Below, in pieces: positions 38,255 through 50,899 of a DNA stretch of 64,000 nucleotides. Where the stretch lies: positions 767,577 through 831,576 of the forward strand of contig BFEA01000029.1 in NCBI GenBank assembly GCA_003427395.1, given 5' to 3'. The notes below the pieces were generated by a model. The model saw nothing but the letters and a program-made list of their open reading frames with translations, was not told the origin of the DNA and ran no database searches. The stretch comes from Chara braunii (Eukaryota > Plantae > Charophyceae). The position numbers and the translations under genes were made by a program. How positions within the stretch are numbered: position 1 is the first letter of the stretch; each line of letters begins with the position of its first letter.

Positions 38255-41200
38255 GAACCTTCTCCCTTCGTCAAAACCACTAACCACTTTCCAACCTCCA
38301 CCGTGGACCCGCCTAGCATCTCCCGAAAGCTACCGGGCTTTCGGTGTCGGACCCAGAGAGACCAAAACTGTTGCAATCATTACTATTATAGTCTTACGGT
38401 TGGTAACCCATTCGTCACAATCCAGGAACTAACAATACTACAGAGAACAAAACAAGCAGTGCGCCATGCGCTTAGCCTCACACTGTAATCGAAACTTCGC
38501 GTTGTGCCTAAAAGGCCTAGCAGAGTTCAAACCACATACGACACACAGGCGTGGGCCGAAAGGTACAGAAATCGGTACCGGCCTAAAAAATAAAGACGGT
38601 GCGGGTTCAAGCCCCTATTCATTGGGAATAGGGGGTAAAGTGCTTTCCTACTCTGAAAAAGACAAAGAAAGTCGAAAACAAAAAGGTTAAGAAAAACCCA
38701 AAACACTATAAGTACAGGGAGAGAGTTTTAAAACCCTGTCCCAACATTAGTGTCATTCTGTACGGGTAGTTCGTAAGTACGTAGCTTCTCCTAACTGTGC
38801 GCCAAACATCCCAAATTGGATCATAAAAAGACTAATGCAGCGAAATACTTGTATCCGGACTACCTTCAGCTCTTTCGCCGCCTCAATATCCATAGGCATC
38901 TAAGCTATCAAACTATGCAAAAGTGGTATCCCATTACTTCATGTACCCCAAGCATGATGGATACGCAAGCAGACAACACCAAAGCAGCTACTGAAAAAAC
39001 TGGAGTAAAACAGATACGACCTCCATCCTCAGATCGCACAAAAGGGACCATCCGTTCACTATAATGGTTATGCCATGCAAGTGCTAACTCCCAAGTTACT
39101 CCACGACACGACTCAGTTCGTAATACATCCTGGTCCAAATTGTGTCACGGTCCAGAGCTTCTCTCGTCCTTTTGCAAATCTTCGCAGCATCCGGTCAAGG
39201 AAATCCTTGGAAAAGTGCTTCCACCAAAATTCTTTTGATATAGTAAGCACCTTAATCGGGATCTGGCTATGGATAGTAGTATTCGTGTCAATTCAGTGTA
39301 GATAACTAGAGACTACAACGCTCTTCTATTCCCTACTTCCCCACGAATGGTGCAACTGACCATTATTGAACTCCAGGAGATCATTTGTCCAGATAGTTTT
39401 TTCGTTTCATAGCAGTTGTACGCAACCAACTCCCAGGCAAGACTCGTTGAGCTCCATGCGGAGTCCAAAGAAGTCCCAGTTGTCTGAACCATTATCCGTA
39501 CGTTTCAGGATCAAGTTTTTCGGGTAACAATCTTCAAAACTTTCCCGAATCGCCTCCGCTCTCGAGTCTTGCTTATTCCATCTCAGTACGATAAGGGTTA
39601 CATCGTCCATCCGCCTTAGCCCAAAAACATATTGTCTCATGTTTCCCAAGACACTTAGGAAACGAAATTCCACGTATGCACACAGGATGCAGGCCAAAGG
39701 GGAGCTTGTGCTCTTCCCCATCGGAATGTCCACCCCCCCACAGCCGGATGCCACCGCCTGCCCAAAACGTACCGACAGCGAAGTGCACAGCCTCATCTCT
39801 CCGGTGTATGTATGTTTCAGATCTCGGGTGACGAAATCCCTGATCGAACTCAACTTGATAGTCCACCAATGATCATCACCCGTCGTTTTACCAAACGTAC
39901 TGCCCTTCTCCTTCAGATTAACGCGGACAAAGTTGCGTCCTTTACTCCCGTAGTAATCCAGAAGCCAAAAGAAGGCAGTGATAATCTCGTTGTGCGGGAG
40001 CCTGCTGAATATAACTTTAATATCATAAGACATGGCGACAAGTTCGACATCTGTCCTTGTCTTCCTTCGGATTCGCTTCTGCCACAGCAGGCACATACTT
40101 GATGTTTAAGTGTCACTCTTCTAGTAGAGTAGAAAGGAAATGGTTGAGTGTTTTTGCCACGCAACGCCCAGCCGTATTGCAGATTATGAAAACGTTGGAC
40201 ATATTGGTCGATATTTGGATATGTCCTTATGTTTCGGAACGGCATAAGCTTCTCCAAACGTACCCTTTCCGTTCCATCGTATGAACTGCAGCAAACCCAA
40301 ACGCTTCGCCTTCTTCCTCATGCAACCCAGTATGTCAGCCTCCGAGCGAGTTTCCACTACATAACCATGACATTTAATAAATAGGCTCATCATTGCCTCA
40401 TAATACACAATAGGACAGAGCACAAATATCTTGCTGGGATTTCGGTCGAGAGGTGTCGGTACATAACCCCTTAAGCTCAACTTAACAACTTTCACTTCAC
40501 TCAGCTTCAAACCAAAACTCAAGTCACCCGTATTACGGATCCGACAGCGATCAACTTCACGAGTACTTAAGCTCACCACACATCCATTCAAATTACACCA
40601 ACCATTGAAAGCCTCAGACATTTATGCACATCAAATTACTTCTCTCGCCATATGCTGGTCGTGGAATCTTGTTCGCATTTCAGATCATCGAATGCACACC
40701 CTCCAGATCCTGCAACCTAAATTGCACGTGACCTCCTATCTTCGGATAGGGAGCGCCTGCACATATGCTGCTCGATACTTCAGTGCGTGCGAAGTTACGC
40801 TCATTGTGCAAAATACTCACTACCGACGGGTTCTTAACCCAAACGATGCGAGCAGAATTACGTGCCAGGTTCTTGATGCAGGTTGGGATGTCCATACTTG
40901 ACAGTTTATCGTTAATCAGTTTACGAACATAACCAATTTTAACCCGTCGAATTTCAGTCTGATGATCAAACGGTTGTTCAGATACCATCCGTGCGTCACC
41001 TTAGCAGCCCGTGCTATCAGTCTCGTCAAACAGGTCGTAGTTCAAGTTGACTGTTTGTCGAAATCCTTAGCGGCACCCAACGGTCTAACCAATACTTCTA
41101 AGCTACAACCTTCCAACAATTTAGTCCGTCTAAGATTACGTAATAGTGAGACTAACAAATGTTTGTCGAACCTGACCTTGGGTTTCCATCTTCTCGAGTA

Positions 41201-41357
41201 AGTGAAATCTTTATCTCCTCCCTTCTTTAAGATAGACTTGCACTCGTACAATTTCTTTCTTTCTCCCCCGATTCTCACAATGATGTTTCCGAAAGTCTTG
41301 GGGGTAATCTTCCAACCTCCACACCAATCACTACCGACTTTGAAGGAAAGTGAACAC

Positions 41358-42051
41358 CTGGGTAGCACCCCGTACGCGTACGCATTGGCGTACGCAATGC
41401 GTACGCGTACGAACCCAAAATCGCGCGTACGCATACGTCAAAAAAAAAAAAAAAAAAAAAAAAAAAGCAAAAAATCTGAAAAAAAGTATGTTGTGCAGAA
41501 TAATGATACAAACAACATTTATTGAAGGTCATACCCGAATTCGTAAGCAAGCTCGATTAAAAAATCAAAAACCTTAACAAATTTAAAATATATTTTTAAA
41601 TAGTTCTTTATTTATTATGATAATATTACTTTTTTTNTAATTTTTAATTTCTTACTCGAGTTTGGTTGGGAATTCTTAATTGAATCCCAGGCAAAAGTTG
41701 TTTGTATCATGTTTCTGCATAACATATATTTGTTATAGAAGTTTGTTTTTATTTTTGTGTCTTTTTTTCCTAGTTTTTTTTTTAATTATTTCAATTTATT
41801 TCTTGTTTGTGACTTTGATTTTTAACTCGAGTTTGGTACAGAATTTCGAGATGAGTCTCTGGCAAAGGTTGTTTGAAATACCATTTTGCATAATATACTT
41901 ATTTTTCAGATTTTTTCGATGACATTGTTTTTTTTTTTTTTTTTTACGTATTCCCACGTACGGGAGTACGTGTACGCACGTACGTGTCGCGTACAGGAAT
42001 ACGTGTACGCGTGTACGCGCAACCCGCGTACACGTACGCCGTGCTACCCAG
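41358..42051. mobile_element. hAT-type MITE with TACGCG motifs
   Basis: Perfect 11-bp TIR CTGGGTAGCAC; perfect TSD GTGAACAC. Confidence 0.92.
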
Positions 42052-42164
42052 GTGAACACTTTCAACACTCGGTGTTTTCCTGGCTGCATAACAGCTGGAA
42101 GATATTAACCGTCCACTCATCTCCTTCACCTCGTCGTGCTTTCACAGGGCGGACACCGTTCATT

Positions 42165-42454
42165 GACCATTTCGTCAAAATGGACATTTTTTTTTTTTTG
42201 AACAAAATTGGAACTGAGTTTTTTTGTCAAAAAATCATCAAAATTTGTTGTTCCTGAGGGTCCGGCGTTTGTAAAATGCAGGACCCCCTGGCTGTACATG
42301 GTCTCAAGATTGATCCATGTACAGCCACGAGGTCCAGTGTTTTACAAACGACGGACACTCAGGAACAACAAATTTGGATGAGTTTTCGACAAAAAAAATC
42401 GGTTTCAATTTCGTTCAAAAAATAAAATATGTCCATTTTGATGAAATGGCAGTT
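42165..42454. mobile_element. GACC...CAGTT palindromic element, copy 2 (shorter centre)
   Basis: Same termini as the copies at 29183 and 62228. Confidence 0.85.
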
Positions 42455-45384
42455 GTTCGGTTCCCTACCCTCAAAACCCGTAGTCATCGTTCTACTCCTC
42501 TTCTTCTTACCCTGCGCTTTCGCCCATGCTTCTTCTTCCCCTTGCTCGACGCTCGACCACTCGTATTCAAAACAGGGAACCATCTTATGATAAACAACTT
42601 TTCCATGTTTACGAGCTCCTTTACCTTACACGTGTCAATTGGTAGCAGGATATAGGAGTCACGACCAAAGGTGCGCCACCAGCGGTACAATTGGTTTTGT
42701 TTTAAACCCCTCTCACATACTGACACGTGTTCCTTCCATCTCACTTCGCCATTCCTTCTCATCTGACCAATTTATTGAGTGTGACATACGGAAGATGATA
42801 AAACATAAACGCAACTCGGTACGTTCGTGAAGATTCCAAGACCAAAATGAATGTAGAAGTCAACCCAAGAATCTAGACATTTTCTCAACCAACAAATTTA
42901 GAAATTCAAAGTAAGCAGCACTACTACAAGGCGGTAACGGACATCGAGGGCATTATCTGACAACCCCTGCCTCCTTAGACAGATAACACGTCGACATAAA
43001 GCCCATAATTCCTTATTTGTCCAGACTCTGAGGTGTCAGTTATTACCAACTGTTTCTTCGTCCTCGCACTCACCTGACTGCTCGCCCACATCAGTCACAT
43101 TTGCAAAATTTCTCTCCTCATCAGCTTCATCACCTGATCTGTACGCCACTAGAGTCCGTTTCTCAGTAATAGCGAGAATGATGTTCATTTTTTTACCTTC
43201 GTAAGTTACATCTTCATCCCGTCATATCTTCTTAAGTTCGTTAACAGTCATTCCTCGTAGCTCTCGCAGATTATCCTTAACATAGCGGATCCGCCCCATC
43301 GGACCAATGGTAGCGGGAATCTTCTTTTTTGCGGATGACTTCCTCGGGGTCTTCTTCGTTGGCGAATGCTTCATCCGAATCGGTCGGCAGTCCTGTATCT
43401 GCTCTGTCATTCGCTGCTGGAGTCCTCCGTTTTTTTTTCGTTGTGCGCTTAGTCGGAGATTCCATTGGCTGGCTGTCACCAACGGCCTTCTCTGGTCCAC
43501 ATCGTCGTTTACCGCCAATATCCAGACATTTCGCTTTTTCGCTCAAAGCGTTAACATCACTTTCGTATGAGGCATACTCGTCGTCAGATGACAACACCCC
43601 TCGAGATGATATCACCTTTCCCTTACCCTTCAGCTCAGCGAGTTCCTCCATGCAACGATGTCGAGCGTATCGGTCCTGCACCACACAAGGCAGTGCGGGA
43701 CCCTCCCGGCCTCGTCACGCATGAGTTGGTCTTAATCCTCGTCGCGAATACACATGCAGCTTCCGCAAGCGGCTCCAGATAAGTGCGCCAGCCATACCTC
43801 TCGCGAGCCCCAACAACAGGATAGGGCCTACTCGAGGTACAACTTACCTCCACCTTGCGGGAGTTGTCACCTCCCTTCGGTGGGCGTATCCCCGCCGAGC
43901 TACCAGTCCACAGTACGAAAGCTAATTAGGTACAATCACAGAGGTTGACCAGCCGAGGGCGTTTCTCGTACACTGTATTATAGGGGGTAAGTGCGGTAAT
44001 ACGCCTCTATCAGACCCACACACGAACCGACATCTTGGGGGGCTGAACTCCCAAGCGCGACCCGTCGTCGGTCGACTAGGACACATCCCATGCACCACGC
44101 ATACACCACTCTAAGAACTTAAAAATTGAAACACGCACATATACAGAGCAATATATGACAAACAACGGGACAACCGTCCTAGTCCCTTAGTAGACATCCC
44201 ATAACTCTCCGATGCGGAAATCGGATAGGCGTCGCGCACGAGACTTAGTATAAAACCGTGCAGATGCAGGGCTAACTCATATCGACTCACAATGCAAGCA
44301 TACACAAGCAGTCGCGATGATGGCGTAGTATGAAGTACCCATCCTCAAGCGGTCCTTGTTAATCTCGAGGGTCGCATTCGACACTCAAGTATCGGTTGGC
44401 ACGCGCCTGGAGGGATTGATCTCTCGACGCTGAACAACCGCCAAGTGCGGTTAAAACCCACACCCTCTTCAACATCCTGCAGAGAGTGGGTGGTACCACA
44501 GGTTCATACCTGTGGTGGCAATCTTCTCGTATCGCCCTGAAGACCAGCTCTATCATCAAGGGCCAGGAAAGAAGTCAAGGGGTTTGACTTTGACGGCTAC
44601 TACAGACTACAACATCCAACTATAAAAAATAAACAAGCGAAATCCAAGTAAAATTAACATCCCAACACTCATATATCAAATCAGATCTCGAAATAAAATA
44701 AAAGAAGAGGAAACATAAACTCATCAGGTATGCAGATTGTGCCAAACATGGTTGTCATTCTCACTGCCTCCAAAGTAAGACTCGCATACCAAGCTTCAAA
44801 ATACTAACCTGCATAAAACATAGGCACAAACAATAACCACATTGCCATACACCAATATGGTCAACTTTACTGTTCCCTGTAACTCACACCACGCCTCACA
44901 CACTCAAGCCACAGTCATAGTCCAACTTTTCGTAAATCTCATAAATTATTTATAATGACCATTAAAAGAAATCCGGTTAAAACCCTCAAAGAAACATATT
45001 AAATCTCATGGCTAAGACAATCAAGTTGAGGTACAGGTGTAAGCAAAGTTGTGTCATGAGCCGACAAGTCGACGATCAACCAACCGACCTGTTATCAGTG
45101 ATAACAGAAAATGATGCTCGTAGGATCAAGCTGAAGCTTAGTCCAAATCCTAGATCGAATGTCCAAAGAAGACCTGTATCATACGACAGGTCAATGTCCA
45201 AGCTAGATCGTCAAAGTATGGAGATCAAATCCCCATGACACGTTCTCACACAAGACTCTCCTGATAGCCAAGCCTAGGTCAACCTCTAAGCCAGTGTCCA
45301 AAGAAAGGTAAACCTATGGTAGAATCTCCCCCATACAGAGTGGATCGCCAGAGTCGCCACCTGTCAAAATATAATTTATCTCCT

Positions 45385-45960
45385 CTAAACTAAGAAGATT
45401 TCGGTAACGCTTCCAGTAGGAAAAGTGTCTTTCCAGAATTTATAATAACTCAAATATGAAAACAAAAACCAAACTTTACTTTTGGAAAGTCAAAAAGTTG
45501 CCTGACTCCCTGAATTAGTAAAAATTTGGGCAACACTCCCTTTAGAAACGAGGACTTTCCAGATTTGTACTCAGTCAGATATAAACCCAGAGCAAAACTT
45601 GAGTTTAATTAAGACAAAATTCAACTAGCTCCTTAGATTTGTAAAAATTTCGGCAGCACTCCCTTTAGAAAAGTACTAATCCAAGATTTATACAAAGCTA
45701 AGTTCAAAATCTAAAGTGACTTTAACTTCTCAAGGTCCAATTTTATCTAACTCCCTAAATTAGCGAAAATTCGGGCAGCGCTCGCTTTAGAAAAAGAGAC
45801 TCTCCAAAGTTTTACTAAGTCATATATAAAAGTAAGACAAGTTGAACTTTGAAAAGACAAAATATGATTAACTCCTTGGTTTTGTAGAAATTTCGACTGC
45901 GCTTCCCATAGAGAAAGTAGCTTACGAAAATTTATACAAAGCGAAGTACAATAAAATATC
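45385..45960. repeat. Diverged ~120-bp tandem repeats inside the putative LTR
   Basis: AAAATTT.GGCA.CACTCCCTTTAGAAA-like motif at ~120-bp spacing. Confidence 0.7.
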
Positions 45961-46040
45961 CCAGAAAATGCAGAACTTTACCTAAGTAAAATAAACTTAT
46001 CTCAGAAAATGCAGGAATTGGCTAGAACGTGGCGAGCAAC

Positions 46041-46371
46041 CTACGTTACCGAACGTACACGTACGGGGACTTTCAGTACGAAACGTACAGATAATATCTG
46101 TACGGGAACCTGTACGCCCCCATACGACCCCTACGAAAAAAAAAAAAAAAAAGTCATCCAAAAAATCCGAAAAAAATATATGTGATGTAAAATCCCAAGA
46201 CAAGCAACATTTGCCTAAGCACCATCTGCAAAGTCTTATTAGAATTGGAGAAAAAAAATAAAAACAATAAAACTAAATTAAAAAAAGTCGTACGGGCCTT
46301 GAGTACGAGTAGCGTACAAGAAATGACTACAACTTGTACTCGTATGGGGGTCAGTACGAATCACAACGTAG
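46041..46371. mobile_element. hAT-type MITE (GTACG family) inside the putative LTR
   Basis: TIR CTACGTT / AACGTAG; TSD CGAGCAAC / CAAGCAAC. Confidence 0.8.
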
Positions 46372-47141
46372 CAAGCAACTAACGTAACTATCTGTCAAAC
46401 TGAAACTCAGACCAAGTAGTAATCTGACTCAGTCACATGCAAGGCCAAACCACAAAGGTAAGTACTCTCACCAGCCCAAAGTCAACCTTATCAAACAATA
46501 GTTCATGATCTTTCAATGATTTGTTTCTTTATGCCCAGCTTACATAAGGCATAAAGCTAGACCACCCAAACTTATGGAATATGTCTAGCTCAGCCATTGA
46601 ATATACACAAACAAAGGGCAAAACAATTTTTCTCTTTTTTCGACACATGACTAGGTTAGCTAGCCTAGTCGTTCTTGACCATTTAAGTATCCAAGTTGTA
46701 TATATTGTCTTTTATAGCGACATATGACTGAACCGGTCATCTTAGATCAAGATTCAGGATGTCCCTTCTTACCACAAATTTATTCTTAGTTGATACTCTC
46801 TTCAGTTGGTGATAAGCTATAGTCAGACCACCCAAACTTATGGAACCCTGTCTGACTAGCCTGTTCATAGATAAAGTAATAATAGAATATAGCCAAGTTA
46901 TATCCTTCTAGTTCCAGCATGTGTGTGGCGTTGGATCAAGCACCCATACTTATGGAACATGTCTTGGTCCTCAGCCTGATTCATTTTTTCTTAAAACCAA
47001 AGCAGGAAGAAACTGAAAGAAACCCAAAGTAAACAAGGCGACCAAGCCACCTAAACTTATGGAACATGCTTGGCCCCTGAAAAAATCAATCATAGTCAGC
47101 CCTCACAAGTCAGAGCAACCAGACCACCTAAACTTATGGTT

Positions 47142-47541
47142 GGATGGGGGTATCTGAAACCCCTTTCAGAAGCTTCAGCCACTTCAGGTCATTTCAGGAA
47201 TTTCAGGTGGGGACCTGAAACCGCTGAAGTGCCTGAAGCTTTTGAAAGGGGTTTCAGGTACCCCCATCCAAATGGTTAGATGGGGGTACCTGAAACCCCT
47301 TTCAGAAGCTTCAACCACTTCAGGTCATTCCGGGAATTTCAGGTGGGGACCTGAAACTGCTGAAGTGGTTGAAGCTTCTGAAAGGGGTTTCAGATACCCC
47401 CATCCAACCATTTGGATGGGGGTACCTGAAACCCCTTTCAGAAGCTTCAACCACTTCAGGTCATTTCATAAATTTCAGGTGGGGACGTGAAACCGTTGAA
47501 GTGGCTGAAGCTTCTGAAAGGGGTTTCAGGTACCCCCATCC
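47142..47541. repeat. Three tandem hairpin units, period 136 bp
   Basis: GATGGGGGTACCTGAAACCCCTTTCAGAAGCTTCA...TGAAGCTTCTGAAAGGGGTTTCAGGTACCCCCATCC. Confidence 0.92.
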
Positions 47542-49148
47542 CATCATTTGAAATGGATCTGTAGGCAATCTGAAAGTGGTGTATCAATCTGAAGTGGCTG
47601 AACTGCCTGAAGGCGGTTTTAGACAACCCCATGTATAGATCCACACACAATCTGAAAGTGGTGTAGTAACCTAAAGTGGTTGAATTGCCTGGAAAGGAGA
47701 CCACCTGAAACTTCAGAATGAAAGATTCTGAAGTGGTCTGAAACCGCTGAACTGGCCTGAAATTTCAGGTGGTCGTTAACCATCTCTCGCGCGCCTCAAA
47801 CGAGCGCGCCCCCACACTCTCTGCTTTAGTGAACCATCCAGCCTAACGTAAACCACAAACGTTGTCGCGCCTCTCGCAGTATACTTTAAACTAACTTACA
47901 AAAATCAGGGCGCATACCCTTGTAAGGGTATTCGCACCGACAGCGCTTAGCTGGAGAGTCCATTGGCGGGTTGTCATCAATGGCCTTGTCTGGTCCACGT
48001 CATCGTTTACCTCCAATATCCAGACGCGTCAACATCACTTTCGTATGAGGCATACTCATCGTCAGATAACGACGCCCCTCGAGGTGATATCGTTTTTCCC
48101 TTACCCTTCACTGCCTTCAGACTACCGAGTTCCTCCATGCAATGGTCTATACTAGTATGATATTTGAGTTTCTCGCGAAGGCTACCCATGTGCACTGATA
48201 CTGTCATGTTTACTTCCTTTCGCATCAGCTCCTTCTGCTCCGCAACCCACTTCATCACCTTCTTCTTTTCCTTATCTCGACATTCCGCTTCTAGCTTCTG
48301 TTGTTTCTCCAATTTCTCGCCCATGAATCTTTCTTCCTCCACAAGTTTTTGGAGTTCGGCCTTCTCCTGCTTACGTTGCTCTTTTTCCTCCCGTCTTGCT
48401 TTCTCCCTTTCCACAAATTCCTTCATTGATGTGACGGTGTTGGTAAGATCCTCCAGCTGCTGTCTCAAATGAGGATCTTCAACTGCCGACCTCCTCTCCA
48501 GATGGCACGAGTGGTGGTTTGGTGAGATAGATCTTCCATGTGGAGGATATCTCAAGTTACTTTCTCCCGCAAGTCGTGGACACTGGTTGTGATAATGCCC
48601 TGGCTCACTACATTCGTAGCAGATTGGGACAAAGCGTCGAGCTAGCTCCCATGAGGAAGAACGCCGCTCTCTGTTGTACTCATGTCTACCAGCATGATAC
48701 CCTTCGGGGTATCAATCACGATCAGCGTCCTTTCCTCGGTCACCATCCCTGCCTCGCTCGCCATATCTCGCTCGATTTTCGTCCCTGCTTTGCTCCCCAT
48801 CCCAACCTTGATCTCTGTAATCTCCACCGGACACCTCAAAACGATAATCTTGTTGATGAGAAATTTCCAGGTAACTTTGATGGCAATGTGCAAAATGGTA
48901 GCACTCCTTTAAACTTTCATTTCAAAACTCCTCGGTGCAGTAAAAGTAAAAGTAATAGTGATCAGTAAAAAACTCTTTTCATACTCACTCACACTCAGTG
49001 ATCATTTTCAAGTGGGCTCACATGGGCCTTCAGTAGGTTGACTGATAAGTGGAAAAAACTCGATGCAATCATCATCAAATAACAAAGTCAAGTATCTCAG
49101 TACAAAAAGTACAGTAAAAGAGTATAGCAAGATTGCAAGCTGGTGGGT

Positions 49149-49207
49149 ATGGCTACCCCAACCAATTTCGACTGCAGCCACGCGGTCATTATTAGGGGGT
49201 TTTCCAC
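49149..49207 (-). ncRNA. Degenerate hammerhead in the PLE 5' repeat
   Basis: CCCC-CUAAUAA-UGACCGC(GUGGCU)GCAGUC-GAAAUUGGUU-GGGG; homologous to the copy at 38196. Confidence 0.55.
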
Positions 49208-50040
49208 CAACCTTCTCCCTTCGTCAAAACCACTAACCACTTTCCCACCTCCACCGTGGACCCACCTAGCATCTCCGAAAAGCTACGGGGCTTTTGGTGT
49301 CGGACCTAGAGAGACCAAAAGCATAATAATCATTATTGTTATAGTCCTACGATAGGTAACCTGTTCGTCACAATCCAGGAACTGACAATACTACATGGAA
49401 CATAATCAAATAGCGCGCCACGCACTTAACCTCATGATGTAATCTAAACTTCGCGTGGTACCTGGAAGACCTAGCAGAGTTCGAACCACATAACACACGT
49501 GGGCCCAAAGGTACAGAAACCGGTACAGGCCTAAAAAATAAAGACGGTGCGGGTTCAAGCCCCTATCCATCGGGAATAAGGGGTACAGTGCTTTCTTACT
49601 CCGAAAAAGACGAAGAAAGGCGAAACAGAATAAAACGAGAATAGAAAGGTTAAAAAAAAAAAAAAACACTACAAGTACAGGGAGAGAGTTTTAAAACCCT
49701 ATGCCAACATAAATTAAAACACTATCGTAGCCTAGACTATAAATTAATATAAATCCATTTTTAAGGTAACTGTAAAACCCTTATCAAAACACATATGTTA
49801 TGTCAAAGAAGAATTCAAACAACTTTTGCTTGGGAGACATCCTCAAATTTTTAGCCAACCATGATTTAAAATTAAAGATTTTAAAAATATTTCATTTCAA
49901 AAAACAAAAAAAGTTCAAAAAGCAATATATTCGTTCATATCTTAGTAGCACAGCGAATGTGTTCGCGCCCCTTCATGTTCGCGGGAACATGTTCGCGCGT
50001 TCATGCGAACAGCTCGCGAACATGTTCGACCATACATTTA

Positions 50041-50132
<92 letters not shown>

Positions 50133-50808
50133 NNNNNNNNNNNNNNNNNNNNNNNNNNNNNNNNNNNNNNNNNNNNNNNNNNNNNNNNNNNNNNNNNNNN
50201 NNNNNNNNNNNNNNNNNNNNNNNNNNNNNNNNNNNNNNNNNNNNNNNNNNNNNNNNNNNNNNNNNNNNNNNNNNNNNNNNNNNNNNNNNNNNNNNNNNNN
50301 NNNNNNNNNNNNNNNNNNNNNNNNNNNNNNNNNNNNNNNNNNNNNNNNNNNNNNNNNNNNNNNNNNNNNNNNNNNNNNNNNNNNNNNNNNNNNNNNNNNN
50401 NNNNNNNNNNNNNNNNNNNNNNNNNNNNNNNNNNNNNNNNNNNNNNNNNNNNNNNNNNNNNNNNNNNNNNNNNNNNNNNNNNNNNNNNNNNNNNNNNNNN
50501 NNNNNNNNNNNNNNNNNNNNNNNNNNNNNNNNNNNNNNNNNNNNNNNNNNNNNNNNNNNNNNNNNNNNNNNNNNNNNNNNNNNNNNNNNNNNNNNNNNNN
50601 NNNNNNNNNNNNNNNNNNNNNNNNNNNNNNNNNNNNNNNNNNNNNNNNNNNNNNNNNNNNNNNNNNNNNNNNNNNNNNNNNNNNNNNNNNNNNNNNNNNN
50701 NNNNNNNNNNNNNNNNNNNNNNNNNNNNNNNNNNNNNNNNNNNNNNNNNNNNNNNNNNNNNNNNNNNNNNNNNNNNNNNNNNNNNNNNNNNNNNNNNNNN
50801 NNNNNNNN
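50133..50808. other. Assembly gap (others at 52251-52955, 54743-54773, 60020-60254)
   Basis: N runs. Confidence 1.
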
Positions 50809-50868
50809 TTTTTTTTTGGGTCACATGCCTAGCATCCAACCTTTAAAAAAACCTGGACTTTTGCAACC

Positions 50869-50899
<31 letters not shown>

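Larger units (their letters stand above)
39100..43035 (-). pseudogene. PLE GIY-YIG endonuclease + RT, with stops, frameshifts and two MITE insertions
   Basis: CVY..(*)IGQ..RWKEH..LY.W..E...I..W.P.LN (~42560-42815); PLDRNP, PKHKDISKYRPI, IPMGKSTS and RRMDD. Confidence 0.85.
43659..47942. mobile_element. Putative large solo LTR
   Basis: TGTCG...CGACA termini lie where PLE homology stops and resumes; non-coding; internal tandem repeats; flanks are not duplicated. Confidence 0.6.
43036..48832 (-). pseudogene. PLE upstream gag-like ORF (RD/RG-rich N-terminus, CCHC, coiled coil, SAP-like motif, acidic tail), split by the solo LTR
   Basis: CYECSEPGHYHNQC (~48580-48622); E/K/R-rich stretch 48200-48450; LRGMTVNELKKI*RDEDVTYEGKKMNIILAI (~43168-43262). 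Confidence 0.75.
38079..49709 (-). mobile_element. Penelope-like retroelement with N-terminal GIY-YIG and ~670-bp direct repeats (38079-38747, 49032-49709); decayed and possibly chimeric
   Basis: Diverged direct repeats, each with a hammerhead; RT motifs; GIY-YIG upstream of the RT. Confidence 0.85.
35478..49735. mobile_element. hAT-type MITE (CTAGGCTAC ends) expanded by nested insertions
   Basis: TIR CTAGGCTAC / GTAGCCTAG; TSD GCTATAAA / ACTATAAA; an uninterrupted sister copy lies at 37735-38023. Confidence 0.7.

Noticed and set aside
39100-43230. Selenocysteine recoding of in-frame TGAs in the PLE
   Set aside because: TAA and TAG stops and frameshifts are also present, so decay explains them; no SECIS recognised
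46559-47541. CRISPR-like spaced repeats
   Set aside because: Irregular spacing, non-unique spacers, no cas genes, eukaryotic TE context
38079-49709. Gypsy/Copia LTR pair
   Set aside because: The repeats lack TG...CA symmetry; the interior has GIY-YIG and a PLE-type RT, with no integrase or protease
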